From Eledone cirrhosa (taxonomy: Eukaryota), in assembly GCA_964016885.1 (NCBI GenBank), contig OZ024753.1, forward strand, positions 13,826,001 through 13,890,000: a stretch of DNA of 64,000 nt. Direction: 5' to 3'. Positions 50,631 to 63,932 of the stretch are shown one piece after another. The position numbers were made by a program, and so were the translations under genes. Under the pieces are notes generated by a model, which was not told where the DNA came from, did not search any database, and saw only the letters and a program-made list of their open reading frames with translations. How positions within the stretch are numbered: the first letter of the stretch is position 1; each line of letters starts with the position of its first letter.

Positions 50631-53619
50631 AATACAGTGAATATCAAGAAATATGGTTAAGAAAGGGTTAAAGCAGATCACCCACCCACACCCCTTTTGG
50701 GATTATTACTGAATATTAATTAAAGATAGGTAGTCATTAGAATAAATGAACTATAAAAGTTAAATATATATTTATATATCAATTATTTCCAAAGATTTCT
50801 CTCTCTAATCTCTCTATAACATCAAAAGTAAAATAATTCATCCAAAACTATTCTAGGTGTAAAAGAATTCTAGAGTTAAATGCTTATTTTGGATTCTTGC
50901 CATAAAATGAATTATGAGGGAACTAACTTTACCGATTCTACATTCCCTCTTATCTTTAGCAGACTGCTTTTACTAATATATCACTATTATATTTGTGAAG
51001 GTACATGTCCTAGGGAATAGGATGTTGAATTCACTATCATAAGGTCATGGGTTTGATTCCTGGACCAGGCAGCTCATTGTGGTCTTGAGCAAGAAACTTC
51101 ATTTCACTTTGTTTTTCATGATAGGACTGGGGATCTCTATCTTTAACCCTTTAGCATTTAAACCAGCATTATCCAGCCAGAATTCTCTCACCTCTTTCTG
51201 TTCAAACCAGCCATAACTGGCTCCTCATACTTATGTTAAGGTATTGTTCTCAAAATAAATAATATCAAAATCTCGTAGATTCGATATTATATGAGATAAT
51301 TATGTGAGGTAAAGTGTTTATGAGATAATTATGTGAGGTAAAGTGTTTATGAGATAATTATGTGAGGTAAAGTGTTTATGAGATAATTATGTGAGGTAAA
51401 GTGTTTACCGTGAAAATACAATAGTAAATATAGAGTAATGTAAATGCTAAAGTGTTAAAAGACTCCAACTTCATCCTATGATATGGAAACTTATAGGAGG
51501 CCACATAAATCTGCATTGTTGTCAGCTGTAACAACACGATAGGGCTTGAACCCCTATTTTTTTAAAACCTGTTGTGAGATGCAACCACTTACGAGGTCAA
51601 CTAAACCTGCTAAGATGTGAGCTGTAGTAACAACTCGATAGGACTGGAGCCCTTATCATTAAACCTCCTATGAAATACAACCTCAGGAGGCCAGTTAAAC
51701 TTTTATAGGTGTTCGCTATAAATTTTATTTTGTTTTATTTTATTCACTATTACTCTGGACAATTTACTGTAACCTCTATTTTTTTAACCGTTACAGTATT
51801 GGTCAACAACTGACCAACAGACCAGCATATGGCCATATGTTCAAACCTTACTGCTAAACCAAATGTATTTTGCTGGCATTAACCCTTTACCATTCAGATT
51901 ACTCTATATATACTATTATATTTTCATGGTAAAGGCTTTATCTCACATAATTATCTCATAATATCGAATCTATGAGATTTTGAAAGTATTTATTTTGAGA
52001 ACAATACCTTAACATCAGTTTGAGCGACCAGTTACAGCCAGTTTCAACAGAGAAAGGTAGAGAATTCTGGCCAGTTTGAACATTAAAGGGTTAACTTGTC
52101 TGATAAAAACATTCAACTGTTTATAGTTGAGTGGCTAGTTGTTAGCAAACATCAACATTTTCCTTAAAAAAAAAACTTTTCTTGGAAAAACATGCAGAAT
52201 GAAAAATTAAAAAAAAATTAATTTACCGCTCACACCTATGAAGGTTATTAGAATGTTGATTAAAATGCCCTGTGGTATTAGTTCCAGCTCTGTGGTCTGT
52301 GTTCAAATCTTGCTTAGGTCAACTTTATCATCATCTTTTTGAATTCATATAATATACAAGTTCTGTACTGGAGTTGATCCCTTCTTTAAATTACTTACTC
52401 ATTCCTTTTCTCACATTCTCTGTGTATTTCTCTGGGAGAAATCAGTTGTGTTTCGACCTGGAGAAAGATGGGCTTCGCTCTGCCAGGTTTAAATACCTAG
52501 GACACACTATTCATTATGACAGCACCTTTTTAACTTCAATGGGTGTTAAGGGCCAAATTGTTGGCAGAAAAAGCAATGTACTGCCTGCTCCAGTAATTGA
52601 ATGCACAACTTTGATCATGAAACAGACCAACACCCTAACTACTTGGCCATGCACTCTTGGATGTGGAACAGCATAAATGTATCTATATATATATAAATTT
52701 CTGTGATTCTGTCACAACACATAAAGAGAGAGTAGTTTGACTTCCTCATACTACTCCTTTCTCTTTAGGTCTGCTGCCTGCATGAATGTATGTATGTGTG
52801 TGTGTGTGTGTGTGTGGGCAACAGGAAGGAAGGGGATGATAAAACATTACAGCTATCAGCGACATGTATGTCCATGTGTGTATTTGTGTCAATGTAAGCA
52901 TGTCTCTGTTTACACGTTTATATTTATATACTCATACATATAAATGTGTGCATATGCACATACACACGCGTATACACACTCACATACACACATGTGTCAG
53001 CATATGGAAAAAATTCTAGTAAATAAATAATTTTGTCCTGTAGTTTTTGTTTGTTTTCTTGTTATGGAAATATTGTTAGTTCCTTTTAAACTGCAACACT
53101 GTTCTGTTCTTGCTATTATAGCAGCCATACCTTCTATAAATAGTCTGCTTTCTACCATTTCTGATTTGCTCTGAGTACTTATGGCACCAAATAGTGATGA
53201 GGCATGTATCCTGTAATCTGCTATGTTACTTTACAGTCTAGCCACAGATGATCTTTTAATACATAACCTCTTTTACTTAGATAAAGAAATTAATCTTTAC
53301 CTTTTTACCTTCTTTACCCAACCTCTCTACCTCTAACATGTTAGTCTATCACCAGTGGTGATACTATTTAGATACACCCTAACCTGAAACTCAACAATAA
53401 ATGTCATGTTTAATTAGGAGTTTTCTAGAACAGGCTTTCCCCAACTTTTTAAATTGTAATCCTTCCTGTGTCTTTGAGGGGTTTTCTTTTTTAAAGAAAT
53501 GTGTTTTCTCCTTACCCAACTCCCCTCCATTGTTGTAAAAGAAATTTGTTGTTTATTTTACAATATAGTGTTTGAGAGGGCTCTTTAGTCTGGTCGAGTA
53601 TCTTAGAACTTCTCTAATG

Positions 53620-54070
53620 CTGGTGCCACTGTAAATTGCACCTAGTACACCCTGTAAAATGTTAGTGTTGGTGCCATAAAATGCACCCACTACACCCTGT
53701 AAAGTATTAGTGCTGGAGCCACAATAAAATGCACCCACTACACCCTGTAAAGTATTAGTGGTGGGGCCACAATAAAATGCACCCACTACACCCTGTAAAG
53801 TATTAGTGCTGGAGCCACAATAAAATGCACCCACTACACCCTGTAAAGTATTAGTGGTGGGGCCACAATAAAATGCACCCACTACACCCTGTAAAGTATT
53901 AGTGCTGGAGCCACAATAAAATGCACCCACTACACCCTGTAAAGCATTAGTGCTGGAGCCACAATAAAATGCACCCACTACACCCTGTAAAGTATTAGTG
54001 CTGGGGCCACAATAAAATGCACCTACTACACCCTGTAAAGTATTAGTGCTGGAGCCACAATAAAATGCAC
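53620..54070 (-). repeat. 48-bp array (~9 copies) derived from the RTE/SINE tail, minus orientation
   Basis: Unit ccacaataaaatgcacccactacaccctgtaaagtattagtgctggag. Confidence 0.92.
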
Positions 54071-54074
54071 TGAG

Positions 54075-54363
54075 TACAGTATAGACCGGGTGCATTTTGT
54101 CACCAACACAACCACCTTACAGTATAGACCAGGTACATTTTGTCATGTCACCAACACAACCATCTTACAGTATAGACCGGGTGCATTTTGTCATGTCACC
54201 AACACAACCACCTTACAGTATAGACCAGGTACATTTTGTCATGTCACCAACACAACCATCTTACAGTATAGACCGGGTGCATTTTGTCATGTCACCAACA
54301 CAACCACCTTACAGTATAGACCAGGTACATTTTGTCATGTCACCAACATGATCACCTTACAGT
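54075..54363 (+). repeat. 48-bp array (6 copies, alternating A/B dimer) derived from the RTE/SINE tail, plus orientation
   Basis: Unit tacagtatagacc(g/a)ggt(g/a)cattttgtcatgtcaccaacacaacca(c/t)ct. Confidence 0.92.
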
Positions 54364-54416
54364 CATCATCATCATCATCATCTTCGTTGATTAATCTATT
54401 TGTATTTCATTTTCAG

Positions 54417-54498
54417 GGATACTACTAGTCACCCAGAGGAGACCCATTATGATCATTGTCCAGTTAATACAGAGAACAGTTCCAGCAACAATTGTAGG
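54417..54498 (+). CDS. Next coding exon of the LD-motif gene
   Basis: Acceptor tgtatttcattttcag, donor AGG|gtaggt. The phase 2 start fits exon 38178-38293. Encodes (K)DTTSHPEETHYDHCPVNTENSSSNNCR. Confidence 0.68.
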
Positions 54499-54639
54499 GT
54501 AGGTGATCCATTATTTTCTTATATATCAGTTAGGTGATTGATTTGGAGAGAATTGTTAGAGCAGTGGATATTTGTCCTGGGTTCAAATCCTGCCAACATC
54601 TAATTTACCTTTCATCCTTGTGGGTGGGGATCGATAAAG

Positions 54640-55260
54640 ATCATACCAACCAATATATCTACCAAGGAAATGGAGAAACTATCTAAATATAAAGATCTAG
54701 AGATAGAAATAACCCAAATGTGAATGATGACAACCGAAACTATACCTATAACAATAATAGCTGCCATAGGAATGATAAAAAAAACACAGACAGATACATA
54801 ACCAAAACCCCGGGACTTACAAATATACACAGCATACAGAAGATAGCACTACTAGGTACTGTATATATATTATATATATTATATAGAGTACCACATGACT
54901 TACTGTAGGTACTGTATATATATTATATAGAGTACCACATGACTTACAAATATACACAGCATACAAAAGATAGCACTACTAGGTACTGTATATATATTAT
55001 ATAGAGTACCACAGGACTTACAAATATATACAGCATACAAAAGATAGCACTACTAGGCACTGTATATATATTATATAGTGTACCACAGGACTTACAAATA
55101 TATACAGCATACAAAAGATAGCACTACTAGGTACTGCACACATATTACGAAGAATACTCTCAATACAATAGAAACAACACTACCAAAAACCATACTGCAC
55201 ATACCCAAGTCACACAGAGCTGTACTCGGTAAAGCAGTAATGATGCATAATCAAAACAAG
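54640..55260 (+). mobile_element. R4/Dong-like LINE 3' end with internal tandem duplications
   Basis: KEMEKLSKYKDLEIEI...IQKIALLGTAH, the REL endonuclease C-terminus. A ~75-80-bp unit repeats at 54815-55140. Confidence 0.75.
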
Positions 55261-55262
55261 AC

Positions 55263-55595
55263 TCATCATCATTTTACGTCTGCTTTTTCCTGCTTGCAAG
55301 GGTGGGACGGGAACTGATTGTGGCTTGATTTCTACAGCTGGATGCCCTTCCTAACATCAACCTCATTTACAGTGAGTGCTGGGTGCTTTTTTTCCGTGGC
55401 GCCTACACGTCCACTTTACAGTGGAATGATAGGGACCCCAGTCCCTATCATCTCATTTCTACAGCTGTGTAAACTGGAGCAATGTGAAATAAAGTGTCTT
55501 GCTCAAGGAAACAACACATCACCCGGTCTGAGAATTGAACTTACAACCTCTCGATTGCAAGGCCAATGCTCTAACCACTAAGCCATATGCCTTCA
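55263..55595 (-). mobile_element. tRNA-derived SINE family A
   Basis: Same sequence as 44835-45190. Confidence 0.9.
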
Positions 55596-55804
55596 CAGAC
55601 TAATAATAATAATTGTTTCTACTTTTGGCACAAAGCCAGCAATTATCCCAGTGCATTGCTGGTACTTTGATTTACCCCGTAAGGATGAAAGGCAAAGAAA
55701 AGCTCAGCAGGATTTCAACTCAGAATGTAAAGAGCCTTAACTATATGCCGTTAATCAAATTGTCCGATGCTCCACCGACACTGCCAACCCACATCCTTGA
55801 TAAT

Positions 55805-56495
55805 TTAAACTATGATAAAGTAAGGAGTGCGGGACTGCGTACGGTTTATAATTTTTTATCCATCCCCTTAGTAAAATAAGTTGGATTACTTTGAATAAAT
55901 AATTGTTTCTACTTTAGGCACAAGGCCAGCAATTACCCAGTGCATTACTGGTACTTTATTTTATCGACCCCATAAGGATGAAAGGCAAAGTCAACCTTGG
56001 CGGGATTTGAACTCAGATCGTAAAGGGACGTAACTATGCTGGAAAGCATGGCGTCCGACCCTCTACCGATACTGCCAATCCACCACCCTATACTTTGAAT
56101 AAATAATGAATGAATATTACATAATTTATCTACTAAATTTTGTAGCTGTTCATTAAATATATTTTATTATTTATTTAAAGATTCACTTCTTTAAAATTTT
56201 CAAATGTCAACACTCCCGGTGGCGATCGCTTAAATAAACATTAATTTTCTGTCACTAATTTTCTCCTAACGCAGTTTATATATAATATATCTTTTTTTAA
56301 ATGTATCATGGATTACGTTACTGATTACATAAGACAGTGTAACGCAGTCTTTGTACAATTTCTATGTATTATATATTGTCAATTACGATTTTATTTGATG
56401 TATCATATCTACATGTATATATACCTGCGTATAATATCAATATATACATTACACATGCTAGCAGAAAACCACCCGAGGGGTTGTATTTCTGCTAG
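55805..56495 (+). mobile_element. Non-autonomous Helitron-like element with a nested SINE B (17-bp TSD)
   Basis: 3' hairpin then CTAG^T. TSD tactttgaataaataat at 55887-55903 and 56091-56107. Confidence 0.75.
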
Positions 56496-57439
56496 TAATA
56501 ATAATAATTGAAGTGAAACCTTTATCCATTGTAGCGATATTGGTTTACCATTCCCTTTTTTATGTTGTATGGATGAAAATTTTGTGAAAGACATTTTAAT
56601 GATATTAGGAAGGAGTTAATGACATGTAGGGTGGTGTACATGTTTAATTACAGCGGGACTAACGTTTAACTTGGCTATTGTAGACAGGAGTGGCAGGATG
56701 AGCAATAGACATACTTAGGAAGTTGTTAACATCGCTGTCACCATCATCATCATCACCACCACTATCACCATCATCGCTGTCACCACCACCATCACCATCG
56801 CCATCATCGCTGTCACCACCACCATCATCATCATCATCATCGCTGTCACCACCACCACCATCATCGCCGTCACCACCACCATCACCATCGCTGTCACCAC
56901 CACCATCACCATCGCTGTCACCACCACCACCACCATCATCACCATCGCTGTCACAACCACCACCACCATCATCAACGTCATTATTGGCAGTATCGGTAGA
57001 GAGTCGGACGCCATGCTTTGACGCATAGTTACGGCCCTTGCCATTCTGAGTTCAAATCCCGCCGAGGTTAACTTTGCCTTTCATCCTTACGGGGTCGATA
57101 AAATAAAGTACCAGTAATGCACTGGGTAATTACTGGCCTTGTGCCAAAAGTAGAAACAATTATCATTGTTTTACGTCAAGGTTTTCCATGCTAAGATGGG
57201 TTGGACTGATTAACAGGTTCTGTGACTAGAAAGGGTCATGACCATGTCCTGCTGATATAATAAAATGCACTCAGTCCACTCTGTAAAGTTGTTGCTGATA
57301 AGAAAGGGCATCCAATTGTAGAAACCATGCCGAAACTAGAACATATATAAACAAGATGTCATCTCTGGCCAATCTGGGAAGACATTAGCTCTAATACTGA
57401 CTTGGTCTGTGACAATCTGTCCAACCCATGCTACAGCCA

Positions 57440-58156
57440 TTAACCCTTTCATTACCATACTTCTAATGAAAGACACTGTCTATGTCATTAACCCTTTCAT
57501 TACCATATTTCTAATGAAAGACACTGTCTATGTCATTAACCCTTTCATTATCATACTTCTAATGAAAGACACTGCCTATGTCATTAACCAACCCTTTCAT
57601 TGCCATATATCTAATGAAAGACACTGTCTATGTCTTTAACCCTTTCATTACCATATTTCTAATGAAAGACACTGTCTATCTCTTTAACCATCTCATTACC
57701 ATACTTCTAATGAAAGACACTGTCTATGTCTTTAACCCTTTCATTACCATATTTCTAATGAAAGACACTGTCTATGTCTTTAACCATCTCATTACCATAC
57801 TTCTAATGAAAGACACTGTCTATGTCATTAACCATCTCATTACCATATTTCTAATGAAAGACACTGTCTATGTCTTTAACCCTTTCATTACCATATTTCT
57901 AATGAAAGACACTGTCTATGTCTTTAACCATCTCATTACCATATTTCTAATGAAAGACACTGTCTAGAATTTTCAAATCATTCTGGAACTTATCAAGAAT
58001 TTCTTCTCATTAAACTGGAGTTAAGAACATAATTTAACAAAGGTTCTTATGTAAAAATATAATAGGTTTCTAGATAAATATATACACTTTAAAGCAAGCT
58101 GTTTTGTATCATAGAAACAATGTGGTTTCAGGTAGTTTGGAATCAAAGGGTTTAAA
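57440..58156. repeat. 48-bp array (~11 copies) of the MITE family 2 terminus, followed by the rest of the MITE
   Basis: Same unit as 46655-47298. The MITE ends aatcaaagggtttaa. Confidence 0.9.
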
Positions 58157-58559
58157 TGGTGATGGTGATGATGATGGCAATAATAATGGTGGTGTTGGTG
58201 CTGATGATGATGATGATGATGATGATCTTGATGATGATGATGGTAATGACACTGATGATGCTAAAAGTGGTGGTGGTGTTGGAGACAATGGTGATGATGA
58301 TGATAGTAGTGGTTGATGATATGTTTAGGATATTTTTGTATTTAAAACTTGTTTTTTTTTTGGGGGGGGGGATAAGAATTAGTTTATATTTTGCTTGTTG
58401 TTGTTGTTGTTACGACATTGTTCAGAATTGTACTCTGTCATTCCTGATACTCTGTAGCAGCTATCCTGTCTAGAGCGGAGGAAATAAAAGTCATGTTTGT
58501 GGCATTCCTTCACACTTTGTCCACTCACAGACAGCCTCTTAGTTTAGGAGTAAACTTGG

Positions 58560-59078
58560 GGAAAGAGAGATAGATAGGAGAGAGACAGAGGGAGACAGAG
58601 GGAGAGAGGGAGAGATAGATAGGAGACAGGGAGAGAGAGATATAGATAGGAGACAGGGGGAGAGATATAGATAGGAGACAGGGGGAGAGAGATAGATTGG
58701 AGACAGGGGGAGAGAGATAGATTAGTGACAGGAGGAGAGAGATAGATAGGAGACAGGGGGAGAGAGATAGATTGGAGACAGGGGGAGAGAGAGAGATAGG
58801 AGACAGAGGGAGAGATAGATAGGAGACAGGGGGGGAGAGATAGATAGGAGACAGGGGGAGAGACATAGATAGGAGACAGGGGGAGAGAGAGATAGGAGAC
58901 AGACAGAGAGAGAGAGGAGACAGACAGAGAGGAGACAGAGGGAGAGAGAGAGAGAGGAGACAGAGGGAGAGATAGAGATAGGAGACAGGGGGAGAGAGAT
59001 AGATAGATAGGAGACAGGGGAAGAGAGAGATATAGATAGGAGACAGGGGGAGAGAGAGATATAGATAGGAGACAGAAG
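58560..59078. repeat. Purine-rich ~28-32-bp minisatellite
   Basis: Unit agataggagacagggggagagagatag. Confidence 0.92.
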
Positions 59079-59174
59079 AGTTACTTGACTTTTGATCTAG
59101 TTCTGTCAAACAGAAGCCAGTCACTGTTAAAAAATGAAAATGTTGATGCGGGATGTATTTATATAATATATACT

Positions 59175-60500
59175 GTGTTTCTTTGTGTATAACACATGAC
59201 CTGAGTATATTATTACATTCTTGTGTAGAATACATGACCTGAGTATATAACATTACATTCTTGTGTATAACACGCAACCTAAGTATAATATTACATTCTT
59301 GTGTAGAATACATGACCTGAGTATATAACATTACATTCTTGTGTATAACACGCAACCTAAGTATATTATTACATTCTTGTGTAGAATACATGACCTGAGT
59401 ATATAACATTACATTCTTGTGTATAACACGCAACCTAAGTATAATATTACATTCTTGTGTAGAATACATGACCTGAGTATATAACATTACATTCTTGTGT
59501 ATAACACGCAACCTAAGTATAATATTACATTCTTGTGTAGAATACATGACCTGAGTATATAACATTACATTCTTGTGTATAACACGCAACCTAAGTATAA
59601 TACACAACCTGAGTATATAACATTACATTCTTGTGTAGGATACATGACCTGAGTATATAACATTACATTCTTGTGTAGGATACATGACCTGAGTATATAA
59701 CATTACATTCTTGTGTATAACACACAACCTGAGTATAATATTACATTCTTGTGTAGGATACATGACCTGAGTATATAACATTACATTCTTGTGTATAACA
59801 CACAACCTGAGTATAATATTACATTCTTGTGTAGAATACATGACCTGAGTATATAACATTACATTCTTGTGTATAACACGCAACCTAAGTATAATATTAC
59901 ATTCTTGTGTAGAATACATGACCTGAGTATATAACATTACATTCTTGTGTGTAATACACAACCTAAGTATAATACACAACCTGAGTATAACATTACATTC
60001 TTGTGTAGGATACATGACCTGAGTATATAACATTACATTCTTGTGTATAACACACAACCTGAGTATAATATTACATTCTTGTGTAGGATACATGACCTGA
60101 GTATATAACATTACATTCTTGTGTGTAATACACAACCTAAGTATAATACACAACCTGAGTATAATATTACATTCTTGTGTAGGATACATGACCTGACTAT
60201 ATAACATTACATTCTTGTGTATAACACGCAACCTGAGTATAATATTACATTCTTGTGTAGAATACATGACCTGAGAATATAACATTACATTCTTGTGTAT
60301 AATACACAACCGTACATTCTTGTGTAGAATACATGACCTGAGTATATAACATTACATTCTTGTGTATAACACACAACCTGAGTATAATATTACATTCTTG
60401 TGTAGAATACATGACCTGAGTATATAACATTACATTCTTGTGTATAACACGCAACCTAAGTATAATATTATATTCTTGTGTAGAATACAACCTCAGAATA
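59175..60500. repeat. 40+38-bp higher-order (78-bp) minisatellite
   Basis: Alternating units ttacattcttgtgtagaatacatgacctgagtatataaca and ttacattcttgtgtataacacgcaacctaagtataata. Confidence 0.93.
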
Positions 60501-60669
60501 CAGTCATCAACATCATCATCATCGTCTGTTGTAGAAACCATGTCAAAACTAGAACTTATATAAACAAGATGTCTTCCCTGGCCCATCTGGGAAGACAATA
60601 GCTTTAATTAAGTTCTGACTTGGTCTGTGACAACCTGTCCTACCCATGCTACAGGCATTAACCCTCTCA

Positions 60670-61173
60670 TCTCCATCATAATATAATAAAAGGAGTGTAT
60701 GACTGTGTCCTGAATATATTTTTTTATCCCGTTAGTAAAATAAGTTGGATTACTTTGACTGAATATTACATAATTTATGTACAAAATTTTGCAACTCTTG
60801 ATTAAATATAAATAATTTTATATATAATAATTGTTATTTCAAGATTCACTTCTTTTAAAATTTTCAAATGTCAATACTTTCGGTTATGATATAATGAACG
60901 CTATATCATATCACTAATTTTCTCTTTCTTCGTTTTCATAAAATTTCACCGTAATGCAGTTTATATATAATATCGTCTTTTTTAAAATGTATCATGGATT
61001 ACTTTACTGATTACAGAAGACAGTGTAACCCAGTCTCTCTTCAATTTCTGTGCATATTGTCAATTACGATTTTATTTGACATATATCTTCATGGATGTAT
61101 ATTTGCATATAATATCAATATGCACACTACACATGCTAGCAGAAAACCACCTGAAGAGTGGTTTTTCTGCTAG
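60670..61173 (+). mobile_element. Apparently complete non-autonomous Helitron-like element inserted at A^T inside a MITE
   Basis: 5' TC, 3' hairpin gcagaaaaccac/gtggtttttctgc then CTAG, no TSD. The flanks taaccctctca and tatttctaataaaagatactg rejoin approximately as the MITE family 2 terminus. Confidence 0.8.
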
Positions 61174-61992
61174 TATTTCTAATAAAAGATACTGCCTAGG
61201 GTTTTCAGATGATTTTGAAACTTATCGATGATGATGATTCAAGGAATATATGACGAAACAATGGATGGTAAAATGGGAGGTTGGTTTATGTAGACCATCT
61301 AAACAGTATGTTGATTAGCTGCCTTGGTTTATAAACAGGGTTTAGATTTTATCCTATTTCTCCGACATAAGATAAAAGGGTCAACTTGTATTTGAGTAAA
61401 GATTGTAAAGCAGACCTCTTTTCATCGTTCAATCATACTGTGTACATACATACACATATATACAGGCATACACACATACATATATAGACACACACACTCA
61501 CATATATACAGGCATACACACATACATATATAGACACACACACACTCACATATATACAGGCATACACACATTCATATATAGACATATCACACTCACATAT
61601 ATACAAGCATACACACATACATATATAGACACACACACACTCACATATATACAGGCATACACACATACATGTATAGGCACACACACACACACACATATAT
61701 ACAGGCATACACACATACATGTATAGGCACACACACACATATATACAGGCATACACATACATATATAGATACACACATACACACATGCTAGCCTGGAAGA
61801 TAGACATTAAACGGTGATGACACACATATATACATATACAGACACTCACACACACATACATAGATGCTCACACACACACATACATAGACGCTCATACACA
61901 CACATACATAGATGCTCATACACACATATACACACATATACATACATAGACCCGCACCCACATACACACAAACACACATTGATACACACAAA

Positions 61993-62275
61993 ATGGAGGT
62001 ACATGGCTTAGAGCATTGGCCTTGCAATCGAAAAGTTGTGAGTTCAATTCTCAGATCGGGTGATGTGTTGTTTCCTTGAGCAAGAAACTTTATTTCACAT
62101 TGCTCCAGTTTACTCAGCTGTAGAAATGAGATGATAGGGACTGGGGTCCCTATCATTCCACAGCAAAGTGGTCGTGGAGGTGCCACGGCAAAAAAGCACC
62201 CAGCACTCACTGTAAATGAGGTTGGTGTTAGGAAGGGCATCCAGCTGTAGAACTCAAGCCAGAATCAGTTCCTGC
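61993..62275 (+). mobile_element. tRNA-derived SINE family A
   Basis: Head tggaggtacatggcttagagc...gagttcaattctc, truncated in the tail. Confidence 0.88.
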
Positions 62276-62366
62276 CCCCCCCCCACACACACACACATAT
62301 ATATATGTATAGAGCCACTCACCTAGACACACATATACAGACATACACACATATTGATACACACAC

Positions 62367-62405
<39 letters not shown>

Positions 62406-62679
62406 CGCACACACAGCCACTCACCCACAGATACAGGCACACACATACATGTAGTCACTCACCCACGCACACATATACAGACACACACACAACCCCCCCC
62501 CCCCCCCCCCACACACACATACACATATATAGCCACTCACACACACACATATTCCTGTTGTCAGGTGGAATGGTAAATAGAAGGTTAGTTATTCCAAACC
62601 TTATATTAGACTGGATTAGGGATAGACTATTTAGTTGAAGAAATAGCTTCTTCTTCCTTGTTTTTAGTCTTTATTTTAG

Positions 62680-62744
62680 TCTCTGTCAAAGATATGTTTT
62701 CAGGAAGTCAACTGATAATTGCAGTAGAATGTCGTCTGTGATAT
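62680..62744 (+). CDS. Possible small exon (low confidence)
   Basis: Long polypyrimidine tract with AG at 62678-62679 (alternative CAG at 62701-62703) and donor AT|gtaagt. Only the phase 2 frame is open (LCQRYVFRKSTDNCSRMSSVI), which does not join exon 54417-54498 directly. Confidence 0.25.
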
Positions 62745-62749
62745 GTAAG

Positions 62750-63932
62750 TGTGTGTCTGACATGTTATATGTGTGTATGTGTAGACATATATATATATAT
62801 GTATATGTACATATGTATGTAAGCATATATGTATGTGTGTGTATATGTAGACACATATATATATATGTATATATGTATGTGTGTGTTTGTGTAGACGTAT
62901 ATATATATATATGTACATATGTATTTAAGCATATATGTATGTGTGTGTCTGATATGTTGTGTGTTTGTGTAGACGTATATATATATATATGTACATATGT
63001 ATTTAAGCATATATGTATGTGTGTGTCTGATATGTTATGTGTGTTTGTGTAGACGTATATATATATATGTACATATGTATTTAAGCATATATGTATGTGT
63101 GTGTCTGATATGTTATGTGTGTTTGTGTAGACGTATATATATATATGTACATATGTATTTAAGCATATATGTATGTGTGTGTCTGATATGTTATGTGTGT
63201 TTGTGTAGACGTATATATATATATATGTACATATGTATTTAAGCATATATGTATGTATGTGTGTGTCTGATATGTTATGTGTGTTTGTGTAGACGTATAT
63301 ATATATATATGTACATATGTATTTAAGCATATATGTGTGTGTGTGTCTGATATGTTATGTGTGTTTGTGTAGACGTATATATATATATGTACATATGTAT
63401 TTAAGCATATATGTATGTGTGTGTCTGATATGTTATGTGTGTTTGTGTGTAGACGTATATATATATATGTACATATGTATTTAAGCATATATGTATGTGT
63501 GTGTCTGATATGTTATGTGTGTTTGTGTAGACGTATATATATATATATATATATGTACATATGTATTTAAGCATATATGTATGTGTGTGTATATGTAGAC
63601 ACATATATATATATATATATGTATGTATGTGTGTGTTTGTGTAGATGTATATATATATATATGTACATATGTATTTAAGCATATATGTATGTATGTGTGT
63701 GTCTGATATGTTATGTGTGTTTGTGTAGACGTATATATATATATATGTACATATGTATTTAAGCATATATGTATGTATGTGTGCATGAATGTATGTACAT
63801 ATGTAATTATGTATGTACATGTGTATGCATGTTATGTATGTGTACATATATATATATATGTATATATGTATGTGTACATATATGTATGTATGTATATATA
63901 TATATATATATATATGTATACATATATATATT

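Noticed and set aside
58525-60309. 360-aa and 228-aa minus-strand ORFs
   Set aside because: Translations of the 78-bp and purine-rich minisatellites.
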